A DNA stretch of 32,000 nt from Candidatus Electronema aureum (GCA_004284765.1 NQJD01000003.1:90451-122450); one strand, 5' to 3'. Numbered from the stretch's first letter, positions 7,548 through 17,105 are shown. Notes: generated from the letters alone by a model not told the origin. Translations and numbers: made by a program.

Positions 7548-9077
7548 ATGCAGCAAGCACCAATGACTGAACAATCTTCCCGCCGCCTTGTTTGGCTGAT
7601 TCTGGCTCTCGGCTTGGCAGTGCGGCTGCTGATCAGCGGCCATTTCCTCCTTAGTCCAGATGAGACCAACTACTGGCAGTGGAGCCGCTATCTTGACTTA
7701 GGCTATTACGACCACCCGCCGATGATCGCTTGGACGATCTGGCTGACAACCACGCTCTTTGGTCAAAACGAGTTTGCTGTCCGCCTGCCGACCGTGCTGG
7801 GCATGAGCATTGCCTCATTTTATCTTTACCTGCTGGCCGCCCGCTGGTTTTCGTGGCGCACTGCGTTGCACACTGCTGTCGTCAGTCAGTCGCTCCTGCT
7901 TCTCAACGGTGCCGCCTTGATTGCCACACCAGACGGCCTGCTCCTGCCCTGCTGGGCTGCGGCCTGCTATCATGCCGCCGTAGCTGCGGAAGAGGACAAA
8001 CTGCGGCACTGGCTGCTCACCGGCCTGTGCTTTGGTCTCGGATTGCTGTCCAAATACACCATGTTGCTCTTTCTTCCCTCGCTCTTTTGCGCCCTGATTT
8101 TTACCGGCGCATACCGCACGCGACTGTTGAGCTGGAAGCCTTGGCTGGGTCTGCTGCTTGGGCTATCGCTGTTCACGCCAGTCGTCATTTGGAACTCGCA
8201 CCACAACTGGGTGACATTCCGGCACGTGCTGTTTCAAGGCGGAGCGAATAACACCGCGCTCTTCACCACCGAGTATCTGGCCGAGTTCTTCGGTAGCCAA
8301 GCCGGACTGCTCTCACCACTGATTTTCCTCTTTATCCTCGCGGCGTGGGTGCAAGGCTGGCGCAGCAGCCTGCCACAAGAACGGACGCGCTTCCTCATCT
8401 GGATGTCTCTGCCGGGTTTTGTCGTCTTCAGTCTGCTGGCCCTGCATGTGCGCATCTACGGCAACTGGCCTGCTCCGGCCTACCTGACTGGTCTGCTGCT
8501 GGCTGCGGCTCTGTATGCCAAGCAGCGGTGGTGGAATGTCGGAGTTGGCGTGGCGATGGTGATGTCCGCAGCAGTCATGCTTCAGCTCTGGTACCCTGTG
8601 CTACCGATACCGGTACAATGGGATAGAACCGCCCACGAAACCAAGGGATGGGATAAGATGGCTCAGGCAGTTGACCAAGAGCTGAGGCGGATGAAGCGGC
8701 CTGACAAAACCTTTGTCTTCGGCCTGCGCTACCAATTTGCCAGTGAGCTGGCCTTTTATATGCAGGGACAGCCGCGCACCGTGTCGATTAACCGCTGGTC
8801 ACGGCCTAATGTCTATGACTTCTGGTTTGATGATCAGCTGCTGCTGGGCATGGATGCGGTGGGTGTGTATGAACACAAGGGGATGGACATGATCCTGCGA
8901 GAGGTGTTTGAGCAAGTGAAGCCGGAGCGGGAGATTGTCCTTCGTCGCACCTCGCCGTGGTTCGGCAGCGAGGTGCTGCAAACACTGTATGTGATCAGGT
9001 GCTACGGCTTCAAGGGCGGTCTGCGCTGGCTACCCAAGGAAGTTGGGGATATCAGGGCTGCGAATAATGCGGAGTAG
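7548..9077 (+). CDS. ArnT/PMT-like (GT39/GT83-type) membrane glycosyltransferase
   Basis: The protein is polytopic. It has the family N-terminal signature LLSPDETNYWQWSRYLDLGYYDHPPMIAW after the first TM helix (RRLVWLILALGLAVRLL). The start is uncertain. The track gives ATG 7194, but 7194-7547 is AT-rich and looks intergenic. In-frame ATGs at 7548 and 7563 give a normal family N-terminus. Confidence 0.7.
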   Translation: MQQAPMTEQSSRRLVWLILALGLAVRLLISGHFLLSPDETNYWQWSRYLDLGYYDHPPMIAWTIWLTTTLFGQNEFAVRLPTVLGMSIASFYLYLLAARWFSWRTALHTAVVSQSLLLLNGAALIATPDGLLLPCWAAACYHAAVAAEEDKLRHWLLTGLCFGLGLLSKYTMLLFLPSLFCALIFTGAYRTRLLSWKPWLGLLLGLSLFTPVVIWNSHHNWVTFRHVLFQGGANNTALFTTEYLAEFFGSQAGLLSPLIFLFILAAWVQGWRSSLPQERTRFLIWMSLPGFVVFSLLALHVRIYGNWPAPAYLTGLLLAAALYAKQRWWNVGVGVAMVMSAAVMLQLWYPVLPIPVQWDRTAHETKGWDKMAQAVDQELRRMKRPDKTFVFGLRYQFASELAFYMQGQPRTVSINRWSRPNVYDFWFDDQLLLGMDAVGVYEHKGMDMILREVFEQVKPEREIVLRRTSPWFGSEVLQTLYVIRCYGFKGGLRWLPKEVGDIRAANNAE

Positions 9078-9107
9078 CTTGATGCTAGCGGAAAAAGACC
9101 ACTGCGG

Positions 9108-10352
9108 TCATTTTTTCCCGGTGATGATAGTGATTGGGTTCAGCCGCAGGCTGGAGTCTTCTCCGTCCTCGCCGTATTCTTTTCTTTCCCGCGTGACCGA
9201 GATAGTGCGGGCATCCGCCTCTAAGCCATTAGCAGACATCAGCAATGGGGCTTGCTCTGCCGTATTTTGTAGTACCGCACTGACCACTAATCTGCCGCCT
9301 TGATTGAGCCGCTGGGCGCAGGGAGCGATAATCTCAGCCAACAGGCCTCGGCTGCCGCCGATGAAGATTCGATCTGGGTCAGGCAGGTTAGGAAAGACAT
9401 CCGGGGCTTGGCCGCGCACCAAGGTGATGTTATAGAGGCTGTAGCGAACAATATTGGCCCGGATGTTGTTCCAGCTTTCTTCCTTCTGCTCCACCACATA
9501 GACGGAGAGATTCGGACAGAGCCGCGCCGCCTCGACTGAGATAGAACCGGAGCCGCCGCCGATGTCCCAAAAGACCCCGCTCTGCGGCAGGCGGAGCCGA
9601 TGCAGAATCACGGCTCGCACCTCATCCTTGGTGATTAGACCGCGAGAGTGACAGATTTCATCCTCTTGCAGGCCGAAAACGCAGTCAGCACCTGCCTGAT
9701 TCTCCTCCGCCGTCTGCTCGATCAGCATCATATTTAAGGGAGCAAAGTGCTGCCGCGCTGCCTCCTCAATGTTGCCTTCCCAAAGCCGCTCGTCTGGCCA
9801 GCCGAGATTCTCTGCCACTCGGACATGTAGTCGTTCTATCCGCTCATGATCGCCGTATTCCTCCAACAAAACCAAGAGGTCAGCAGCTATTCGGTTGGGG
9901 CTGCGGCGATGGTCAGTGAAGAGCATCACCTTCGGCTGCGAGAGAATTTTGCCTGCCAGCGTATCAAACGAGCGGCCATGCAAGCTGATCAAACAAAGAT
10001 CGTCCCAAGGAATTTTGAAGCGGGCGCAGGCTAACTGCACAGCGGAAATGGCCGGAAAAATCTCTACCCGTTCTACACCAAAACGTTCGATCAAGGTGCG
10101 GCCGATGCCAAAAAAAAGCGGGTCACCAGAGGCTAAGACCGCGACATCGCCGCTCTGAAGGGCCACAGCCAGCTCGAAAATCATGTCCTCGACCGGACTG
10201 ATGGCGATCCAGTGGATACCCAGACCGTGCAGCAGCTCGTGGTGTCGCTTTGACGCGACCACCGCACCACAGCCTTCGATCCTCTGCCGCTGCTCTGGCT
10301 CTAACCTGCCGCCGCTGATGCCGAAGAGTAAGATTTCAAACGTATTCAACAA
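9108..10352 (-). CDS. cobL: Precorrin-6Y C5,15-methyltransferase (decarboxylating), CbiE/CbiT fusion
   Basis: A 414-aa ORF. The N-terminal half looks like a tetrapyrrole methylase (ILLFGISGG..., VAVLASGDPLFFGIG). The C-terminal half is a SAM methyltransferase (VFWDIGGGSGSISVEAA). The start is TTG 10352 or the next TTG, after GGAAGG. Confidence 0.8.
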   Translation of the reverse strand: MLNTFEILLFGISGGRLEPEQRQRIEGCGAVVASKRHHELLHGLGIHWIAISPVEDMIFELAVALQSGDVAVLASGDPLFFGIGRTLIERFGVERVEIFPAISAVQLACARFKIPWDDLCLISLHGRSFDTLAGKILSQPKVMLFTDHRRSPNRIAADLLVLLEEYGDHERIERLHVRVAENLGWPDERLWEGNIEEAARQHFAPLNMMLIEQTAEENQAGADCVFGLQEDEICHSRGLITKDEVRAVILHRLRLPQSGVFWDIGGGSGSISVEAARLCPNLSVYVVEQKEESWNNIRANIVRYSLYNITLVRGQAPDVFPNLPDPDRIFIGGSRGLLAEIIAPCAQRLNQGGRLVVSAVLQNTAEQAPLLMSANGLEADARTISVTRERKEYGEDGEDSSLRLNPITIITGKK

Positions 10353-10512
10353 TTCCTTCCTTTGAGATCATGAGGCAAGAAAGTAAACTTTTTCATAGCG
10401 AAACTATTTGATAGGTTTTAAGCTCAAGCGTGGTGCTAGGCCGAGAGTCCGCACTGAAAAGTGCGTGAAAAACATAGCATACAATTTCCAAACAAATCAA
10501 GCAGAAAACCTG

Positions 10513-10926
10513 ATGGAACTCAGAGAGTTTGTCGAAATAGCATTGAAAGATATATTCGGCGGAACAAAGGATGCCCAAAAGCAGATTTTATACGGCGAGA
10601 TTATTCCGAACAAAGATGGGAAAACCGGCGAGGCTGACATTGAGTTTGAGATAGCGGTTAAACCTGAAAACAACAAATTAGTTGTGGTTATCCCGCCAGC
10701 TCCTCCGGCTCCTAATTTGAGCAAGGTGAAATTTAAAATACCTGTGCGGCTCCCAAAGAGACGAGGAGGTTTCCTGAGTCACGTAATTGAATATTATATC
10801 ATAAAGAGAAGGAAGCAAAAAGCAATGCCTGTGCCTGATGAATCTCAATCTCCGCCACAGCCCGCAGATGCGGCGACAGACGCGAAAGATGAGCCAAAAC
10901 CGCCTTCTGAGGGGGAAAGGAAATGA
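10513..10926 (+). CDS. Hypothetical protein; N-terminal ~80 aa weakly resemble a trypco2-type effector-associated domain, with a Pro/Lys/acidic tail
   Basis: The track ORF starts at TTG 10408, and the first ATG is 10513 (MELREFVEIALKDIFGG...). An N-terminal helix followed by short strands (ADIEFEIAV, SKVKFKIPVRL) recalls trypco2 proteins. This is a pattern-level resemblance only. There is no clear SD. Confidence 0.35.
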   Translation: MELREFVEIALKDIFGGTKDAQKQILYGEIIPNKDGKTGEADIEFEIAVKPENNKLVVVIPPAPPAPNLSKVKFKIPVRLPKRRGGFLSHVIEYYIIKRRKQKAMPVPDESQSPPQPADAATDAKDEPKPPSEGERK

Positions 10927-11116
10927 ACGAGAGTTGAACTGGAGCAGGAAAAAGAGTTTTGGCGGAGAAACTATCCAGCGGTTTATTGTTGACTTTTTAG
11001 ACTTCATCATGTTTAGTTACACGCTTCCAATCCAAAGGGTTGAATACAAACTTTGCGGGACACTTCACAGAAATTTCATTTTTCTATTGTCAAATATTCC
11101 GTTATAATCACTAATT

Positions 11117-11494
11117 ATGAATTGGACACATTATGGATTCCCTGAAAATTGCCCGCCAAATGATGCGAGAGAGTACGAAGGATTGATTTATGTGTTTGTA
11201 AAGCATAGTCCACCAGTCTCTGATGATTTTCGTACAGCTCACGATAAGAAAATACATCCAGACGGAGACCCGTGCCAAAGACGATCAATTTCTTGTGGAA
11301 CTGATATAGATTATTTGAATAAGACAGCAATATTATATCCTATCTTCAAAAAATGGCAAAAAGCTGTCGGGAAAATCAATTACGATGACGGTCTTATAAA
11401 ACAAACAGGAACTCAGTCTCTTCATTATAGTTTTTGGATATCGCCAGAAAAAAGAGAGAATTTTAACAAATTATTCGAGATAATTGAATTATGA
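11117..11494 (+). CDS. Hypothetical 125-aa protein (AT-rich orphan cassette, gene A)
   Basis: The ORF starts at ATG 11117. A perfect TATAAT (11103-11108) lies only 8 nt upstream, so the transcript may be leaderless. The stop overlaps the next start as ATGA. I recognise no domain. Confidence 0.5.
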   Translation: MNWTHYGFPENCPPNDAREYEGLIYVFVKHSPPVSDDFRTAHDKKIHPDGDPCQRRSISCGTDIDYLNKTAILYPIFKKWQKAVGKINYDDGLIKQTGTQSLHYSFWISPEKRENFNKLFEIIEL

Positions 11495-12624
11495 ATTTCA
11501 ATTGGCAGGATTATCGTCAGAAGATTCCAAGTTTTTTTTCTCCTGGAAAACATTTTTTAACTCTTATGGAGTACGAATTTCCATTACTCTTTATATCTTC
11601 AGCAGAAGAGAGTCTCTATTTAAATTATTTTATCGATGAAGATGAATGTGGAATAATTAGATATCTACATGTTCCGATCTCTATTATGAAAATTAGAGCA
11701 TTGGCATCAGGAGGGATTGCACTGTATGATTGCATAAATGCTGAAAATATTCATATATATGATCTCAACCAAGATGGAAACGTATCGTTTGTCGCTGAAT
11801 TAGATTTCTCTAATATCCCAACAGATGCTTTACCCCCAAAAGAAGAAAAAATTCCTGCTCTATCTAAAGATATAATTAATTCAGTTTTATACGGTTTTGA
11901 CCCTGGCGAGCTATGTTTCATACTGTCAAGTAAAACCACTTCAAAACACACGCTATCATTCAATAAACTTTCGAATTTTCTAAAAACTACTCAAAATTTA
12001 GTTTCAAAATTACCATTATACAATAAAGCTGTAGATAGATGTATAACTTCAGACGATTACGAACTCAGTGCTGTTGCTCTTAAAGCAGCATCGTTCGCAG
12101 TCACAGCTACAACAGAGAATGAAAGCGCAAAAAATGCAATTTCTACCTACATTCCAGAAATAACTAATCTTTTTTTGAAAAGTTCTCCCGATGACATTCG
12201 GCGTTATTTTGATTTAATACCAAAAGAATTAATTTTAGCTTTCTTTGAATATTACAAGGAAATATTAAGTAATAAATATGAATTTATACTGCAACACAAG
12301 AGTGGATCGATGTATTTAAATTATTCCGACGTTGAAAAAATAAAGCGAAATGTTAATAATGCAAATTATTCAAAAAAGGAATATCTCGAAAAAGAAGGCT
12401 ATTTAATCGGAGCGAATTTAAATACGAATTCTTTCTATTTTGAAGATATAGAAAAAAATATATACAAAGGAAAAATGTCTTCTGATTTCCTCACTTCACG
12501 CTCAGAGGTAACTCTGTCAAAAATAACTTGCAATGCTTCATTTAAAATCGAGACAGAAATGAAATTTTCAAAATTTACACATTTTTATGAACTTCTAAAG
12601 ATAGATGAATCTGATCATCATTAA
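11491..12624 (+). CDS. Hypothetical 377-aa protein (AT-rich orphan cassette, gene B)
   Basis: A long uninterrupted ORF in very AT-rich DNA, where stops are frequent by chance. It is translationally coupled to gene A (ATGA at 11491-11494). It has no TM segments and no motif I recognise. Confidence 0.55.
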   Translation: MNFNWQDYRQKIPSFFSPGKHFLTLMEYEFPLLFISSAEESLYLNYFIDEDECGIIRYLHVPISIMKIRALASGGIALYDCINAENIHIYDLNQDGNVSFVAELDFSNIPTDALPPKEEKIPALSKDIINSVLYGFDPGELCFILSSKTTSKHTLSFNKLSNFLKTTQNLVSKLPLYNKAVDRCITSDDYELSAVALKAASFAVTATTENESAKNAISTYIPEITNLFLKSSPDDIRRYFDLIPKELILAFFEYYKEILSNKYEFILQHKSGSMYLNYSDVEKIKRNVNNANYSKKEYLEKEGYLIGANLNTNSFYFEDIEKNIYKGKMSSDFLTSRSEVTLSKITCNASFKIETEMKFSKFTHFYELLKIDESDHH

Positions 12625-12814
12625 GATGATATAAGGGCTTTTAATGATAGCTCCTCGCGCTACGCTCCCTCCTTGGTAAAGATCAGCTCACCGATCGTCT
12701 CGTTAACGGTTCCCCACGTCAGCACAAAGCCGTTCGCCGAAACCGAGATGCTGTGAGAAAATAATCACCCCGAATAGGCTGTGCCTATTTATCCTGAACG
12801 CATCCCTGCTCGGC

Positions 12815-12850
12815 AATAAAACGCAAGCCGGGGCAAGAATTCACCCCGGC
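12815..12850 (-). terminator. Rho-independent terminator of the Ter/kinase/ATPase operon
   Basis: The minus strand reads GCCGGGG-tgaattcttg-CCCCGGC followed by TTGCGTTTTATT. The stem arms are 12827-12833 and 12844-12850. It begins 28 nt after the ATPase stop. Confidence 0.55.
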
Positions 12851-12877
12851 ATTAAACAAGGTTGTCAGCTGTCTCTC

Positions 12878-15565
12878 TTAGACTGTTTTCTTGTGCTTGC
12901 TGAAAAGATATTTTCTCGCAAGATCAAAAGGAATAATTCCCACAGAAAAGACAACAACCCAGAACCAATCCTGAATACCAAGGGAAACTGTTCTGAATAC
13001 TTCGCCGCCTATGTAGGTGATGATGACCTGAATGATAAAGATCATGCTCACCACTTTCAGAAATCCCTTGTTGGCAGCGAGATGATCAAAAAGGTTCAAT
13101 CCTTCTACGCGGACATTGAACTTGTTGAAGTTGCTTAAGAACACGAACACCCCGAAAAAGGCGGTCATGAAGATTTCCTCAGTGGCAAAAAGTCCGCGAA
13201 TACTGTCCGCCTTTAAAAAGGACACGCAAATCGCGGTAGTGAAAAAGCCGTTGAACAGGATGGACTGCCACATGCTGGATGTGATGATCTTTTCATCCCG
13301 TTTTTTCGGTTTTTCCTCCATGTATTCAGGCAGTGGCGGTTCTCCTGAAAAGGCTAAGGCAGCTAAGGAATCCATAATCAGATTCACCCAGAGGAGCTGA
13401 ATCATGGTCAGCGGCAACTCGAAACCTAAAAAGGGTCCGAGAAAGGTGATAGAAATCGCGGATACGCTGACCGTGAGCTGAAAGGTGATGAATTTCTGAA
13501 TGGACCGATAAATAGTCCGGCCATAATGCACCGCGCTGGCAATAGAGCGGATATTGTCATCAAGCACAACAATGTCTGAGGCTTCTTTTGCCACCTCAGT
13601 GCCACTGCCGAGTCCGAAACCGATATCAGCGGCACTCAAGGCCGGACTATCGTTGACTCCGTCACCAGTCATGCCGACTACCATGCCCATTTCCTGAGCT
13701 ATCTTCACCAAACGAGATTTGTCTGAAGGAAAACATCTTGCCACAACGCGCAAGCGAGGAAGAATACCTTTCAGCTTCTCATCAGAAATATTGGTCATCT
13801 CTTCAGAGGTTAAAATAATATCCTCTGCTGAACTGATTAGCCCAGCATCTTTAGCTATCGCTTCTGCTGTACCTTTGCGGTCGCCGGTAATCATGACCAC
13901 TTGAATTCCAGCACTGTGTAACTCTTTGATAGTGACAGCAGAGTCAAGACGCAGATCATCGCGGATCATTGCAAATCCAAGCAGGCAGAGATGATCTTCA
14001 ATGTCGTCTAAACTTTCTGGGATATCCTCTTCGGTCAAGGCAAGGCCGATCAAACGAAAGCCCTTGTCGCCTTTGCTGTCAATCTCCTTAAAGATAGCCT
14101 CTTTTTTTGAGGCTAAAAGAGCTGTAAGATTTCCTTGGCTATTGTAGAATGAACTAGATTTATTGAGAATTCTTTCTGGTGCCCCCTTGAGATAGGTCAT
14201 CCGTTGACCATCCTTCTCTTGTAGGCGAACTGCGGAAAATTTCCGGGAAGAATTGAAAAGCAGTTCATCTACCTGCTCAAAGGATTTCTCTTCATACTGA
14301 CATTCTTTGATATCTGCCCGGACGAATTTCAACAACGCACGGTCAGTGCTGTTGCCGCCTACAATCCGTTCAGATTCTTTATTCGCATTGCAATTCACCA
14401 CACAGGAAGTGTTCTCTCGCAGCGAGACATCGAGCAGATGAGCATTTTTCCTCGGCAGCTCCTCGCAGGAATTGTACTGAATCATAGCAGTTCCGGTTTC
14501 TTCATCGGCCACCGCAAGGAAGCCCACGGTTTCCATCTGCCCTTTGGTGATAGTACCTGTTTTATCAGTAAAAAGGAGATTAAGGCTACCAGAAGTCTCT
14601 ACACCAAGCAGCTGCCGTACCAGCACGTTGGATTTGAGCAGCTTCCGCATGTTCTGTGCCAAAACCACGGCAATCATCATCGGCAGACCCTCTGGAACAG
14701 CCACAACAATAATGATCACCGCCAGAATCAGGGCGATGGCAAGATCGTAAATCAGCTTGTGCCAATTGGCAATATAGGCGGCCATGGCCGCTGCCTCGCC
14801 GCCGTTGTCCAAATAAATTGCTTTAAACATGAAAACCACAGCAATCAGCGGTGCGGCAATATATCCAAACAAGGCAATACGGTCGGCCAGATGTGCCAGC
14901 TTTACCCGCAGTGGCCCAGGACGCTCATCGGTTTTCAATCCTTCAGCCAATTTACCCAAATGCGTCTTGTCACCAACCTGCTGCACCTCCATGACTGCTT
15001 CGCCGTCTTCAATAATTGTTCCTCTGAACACAGCATGAGGGTCTTCCAGATTGGCAGTATCTGCTGCACCAGGGATTTTAGTCCGCGCCTCTGGCTCGCC
15101 AGTCAGGGCAGCCTGACTCACTTTGACTTTGCCCTGAATGAGAGAGCCATCTGCCGGAATTTTATCTCCTGGCTGGAGAAGAATCATATCTCCGACCACT
15201 ATGTCATCAATGCTGATAACAGACACGCTGTTATCTCGGAAAACATTGACTCTAATTCTGGAGGCCTCTTCTTGGAGCTTCTGAAAAGTTTGCTCATTTT
15301 TGAATTCAGAAATCGTTGCTACTAACGCAGCCAAAACAACCGCAGCAGCAATACCAATCCCTTCATACCATTCAGCAAATCCAAGCAGAGCTAAAAGGGT
15401 GACAATAACCAAGGCAACTGTCAGAATGACAATCATTGGGTCTTTGAAATTGTCAATCAACTTATCCCAGAATGTTTCAGTCTCTACTGTGCTGATCTGG
15501 TTAGAGCCATGCGCAACTCTGGAGGTCATGACTTCCTGATGTGAAAGCCCTTTAACGTGATACAT
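12878..15565 (-). CDS. P-type (type II, Ca2+-translocating) cation ATPase
   Basis: The motifs are LTGEPEA, VAVPEGLP (TM4 Ca-site type), FTDKTGTITKG (phospho-Asp), MITGDRKGTA and MTGDGVNDSPAL. I place the start at ATG 15565 because AAGGAG lies 8 nt upstream. The track start, ATG 15610, would overlap the kinase gene by 8 nt. Confidence 0.85.
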   Translation of the reverse strand: MYHVKGLSHQEVMTSRVAHGSNQISTVETETFWDKLIDNFKDPMIVILTVALVIVTLLALLGFAEWYEGIGIAAAVVLAALVATISEFKNEQTFQKLQEEASRIRVNVFRDNSVSVISIDDIVVGDMILLQPGDKIPADGSLIQGKVKVSQAALTGEPEARTKIPGAADTANLEDPHAVFRGTIIEDGEAVMEVQQVGDKTHLGKLAEGLKTDERPGPLRVKLAHLADRIALFGYIAAPLIAVVFMFKAIYLDNGGEAAAMAAYIANWHKLIYDLAIALILAVIIIVVAVPEGLPMMIAVVLAQNMRKLLKSNVLVRQLLGVETSGSLNLLFTDKTGTITKGQMETVGFLAVADEETGTAMIQYNSCEELPRKNAHLLDVSLRENTSCVVNCNANKESERIVGGNSTDRALLKFVRADIKECQYEEKSFEQVDELLFNSSRKFSAVRLQEKDGQRMTYLKGAPERILNKSSSFYNSQGNLTALLASKKEAIFKEIDSKGDKGFRLIGLALTEEDIPESLDDIEDHLCLLGFAMIRDDLRLDSAVTIKELHSAGIQVVMITGDRKGTAEAIAKDAGLISSAEDIILTSEEMTNISDEKLKGILPRLRVVARCFPSDKSRLVKIAQEMGMVVGMTGDGVNDSPALSAADIGFGLGSGTEVAKEASDIVVLDDNIRSIASAVHYGRTIYRSIQKFITFQLTVSVSAISITFLGPFLGFELPLTMIQLLWVNLIMDSLAALAFSGEPPLPEYMEEKPKKRDEKIITSSMWQSILFNGFFTTAICVSFLKADSIRGLFATEEIFMTAFFGVFVFLSNFNKFNVRVEGLNLFDHLAANKGFLKVVSMIFIIQVIITYIGGEVFRTVSLGIQDWFWVVVFSVGIIPFDLARKYLFSKHKKTV

Positions 15566-15602
15566 GCAGTCTATTCTCCTTGCGTTAAAGCTATGCGGGA
15601 AA

Positions 15603-17105
15603 TCATGCATCCACCAACTGGATGTGCGCTAATCTACCGCCATTTTCTTTTGAAAACAAAATCTGACTGTTGTCGCTGAGGGCGATTCTGCTGCCGGGCG
15701 GAACCGGCTGCTTGCTGGCAAGATCAATCAAGCCGGGCAAACGCTCATTGACCAACAGCCATGTGCTGTTGTGAAAAATAAAATATCCAACTCGCTGCCT
15801 GTCCTGCAAAGACAGCCGTTCGTTGGGTACAATGTTTCGATTGACATGCCAAGGAAAAAGCGACTGACCAGTATAAACCATCAAACGATGATTGTCTGGC
15901 AAAAACTTGCCGTCATGGCGGCTGGAATAAAGATTGAGGACTGGCAGCTTACCCTTGTACGCTGTTCCACAAAACGGGCATTTGGGCGATTTAGTATTGT
16001 CAAAGACATACCATTTCTGCTCGCACTGCGGATTGGCGCAAGGCTGAAGCAAATCAACCGTCTTGATCAAAGCCTGCTCCCATTCATCTGCTGTGGGCCG
16101 TTTTTCGGGGCAATGCAGCCCGTCAACAAATGCCTGCTGGAAAAGTTTGCTCAGATACGGCCCGGTGATCTGGCAAGGCAAAGCAGCGGTGTCCTTCCAA
16201 GGTAGTTCTAAGGGCTTGAGATTGTCCAAGCGAATTTTATTAGAACGATCAGCCAGATGCTCAACAAAGAGGGCGCGTTCGCCCATTGACAGGTCTTCAT
16301 CCCGCTGCGGGTCGTCAAGATCATGCACCTTGTCCCCGCGCAAAGGATGGCGAAGCAAAAGGTACATGTAGATCAGCACTGCTAAGGCGTGCCGGTCGGT
16401 GGCAATGGAGGGCAATTTTCGGTTCAGGTCTGTTCTGTCTAAGCGACAGGTCTTGATCACCTCTGGGGCAATGAAATCCGGTGTGCCTACCACATCCGGG
16501 GGGAATTTTCCCGGTACTACCAAACCGTCAATGTCGATGATGCAGGCATGGCCACCTGCCGGATCGATCAGCACATTTTTATAGGAAAGATCAGAATGTG
16601 CCAGCCCGGCAGCGTGCATCCTCCGCACAGCCCGACTGAGCAAAATTGAAATCCGCAGATAATCAAGCCAGCAGCCGCGTTCCGCAGGATCAAGATATTT
16701 GTTCCTGTTGCTTGGCGAGGCAAACCATTTACCTTCTTTTTCTCTGCCCTTGATCTTGAGAAAATCGCTGTTGACTGAACCTGTTGCAAAGAAGAAGTGA
16801 TTCTGATAGGTAGATACTACTACGCCGATCCTGCCCTTGTCATCTTCAACCATTTGGCTGGGCCAGCAGAATAGATTCTCCCAGTATGCGCCGCCTTCCT
16901 GATTAAAAATCCGCTCACGATAGACCCCGGTGATCATTTCAAGCCGTTCCTGCGCCTGTCTGTCCTGCTTGTCCCGGAAAAAAGCGACAACATGCTTGCG
17001 GTCAGGGGTGAAATACACGTCCTTCATCCCACCGGAGCCAATGATCTCATCAAGATATTCGACAATTGTCCCGTTCTTTGCTTTAGCCTTGCGCACTTGA
17101 ATCAT
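15603..17105 (-). CDS. Ser/Thr protein kinase-like protein with a C-terminal Zn-ribbon and FHA-like module (TerY-P triad kinase type)
   Basis: Kinase motifs are a G-loop (IGSGGMKDVY), a catalytic loop (HSDLSYKNVLI), IIDIDG in the DFG position and GTPDFIAPEV as the APE motif. The Zn-ribbon CANPQCEQK...CPFCG follows. The tail (GYFIFHNSTWLLVN...LSDNSQILF) looks FHA-like. The start overlaps the PP2C stop as ATGA (17102-17105). Confidence 0.75.
   Translation of the reverse strand: MIQVRKAKAKNGTIVEYLDEIIGSGGMKDVYFTPDRKHVVAFFRDKQDRQAQERLEMITGVYRERIFNQEGGAYWENLFCWPSQMVEDDKGRIGVVVSTYQNHFFFATGSVNSDFLKIKGREKEGKWFASPSNRNKYLDPAERGCWLDYLRISILLSRAVRRMHAAGLAHSDLSYKNVLIDPAGGHACIIDIDGLVVPGKFPPDVVGTPDFIAPEVIKTCRLDRTDLNRKLPSIATDRHALAVLIYMYLLLRHPLRGDKVHDLDDPQRDEDLSMGERALFVEHLADRSNKIRLDNLKPLELPWKDTAALPCQITGPYLSKLFQQAFVDGLHCPEKRPTADEWEQALIKTVDLLQPCANPQCEQKWYVFDNTKSPKCPFCGTAYKGKLPVLNLYSSRHDGKFLPDNHRLMVYTGQSLFPWHVNRNIVPNERLSLQDRQRVGYFIFHNSTWLLVNERLPGLIDLASKQPVPPGSRIALSDNSQILFSKENGGRLAHIQLVDA

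Noticed and set aside
9086-9108. GACC-actgc-GGTC followed by a T-run as a bidirectional terminator between the glycosyltransferase and cobL
   Set aside because: The stem is only 4 bp, and the T-run is part of the cobL coding sequence (…ITGKK*).
10353-10512. A cobalamin riboswitch upstream of cobL, and the CGCACT-gaaa-AGTGCG hairpin at about 10450-10465 as a terminator
   Set aside because: I could not find a B12-box-like element or the expected conserved helices on the minus strand. The hairpin has no T-tract on either strand.
12655-12760. A possible gene remnant on the minus strand (...HSISVSANGFVLTWGTVNETIGELIFTKEGA*)
   Set aside because: It is only about 33 codons between stops with no start codon. 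The GC-normal composition hints at a relic of the pre-insertion locus, but it is too short to support any call.
14438-15325. The 295-aa plus-strand ORF antisense to the P-type ATPase, plus similar long antisense or alternate-frame ORFs at 1617..2189, 2202..2606, 7730..8251, 15771..16205, 17674..18108 and 25262..25747
   Set aside because: Each lies wholly inside a gene whose product carries unmistakable family motifs on the other strand or frame. Their translations are low-complexity (Arg/Ser/Pro/Cys-rich) with no start context.
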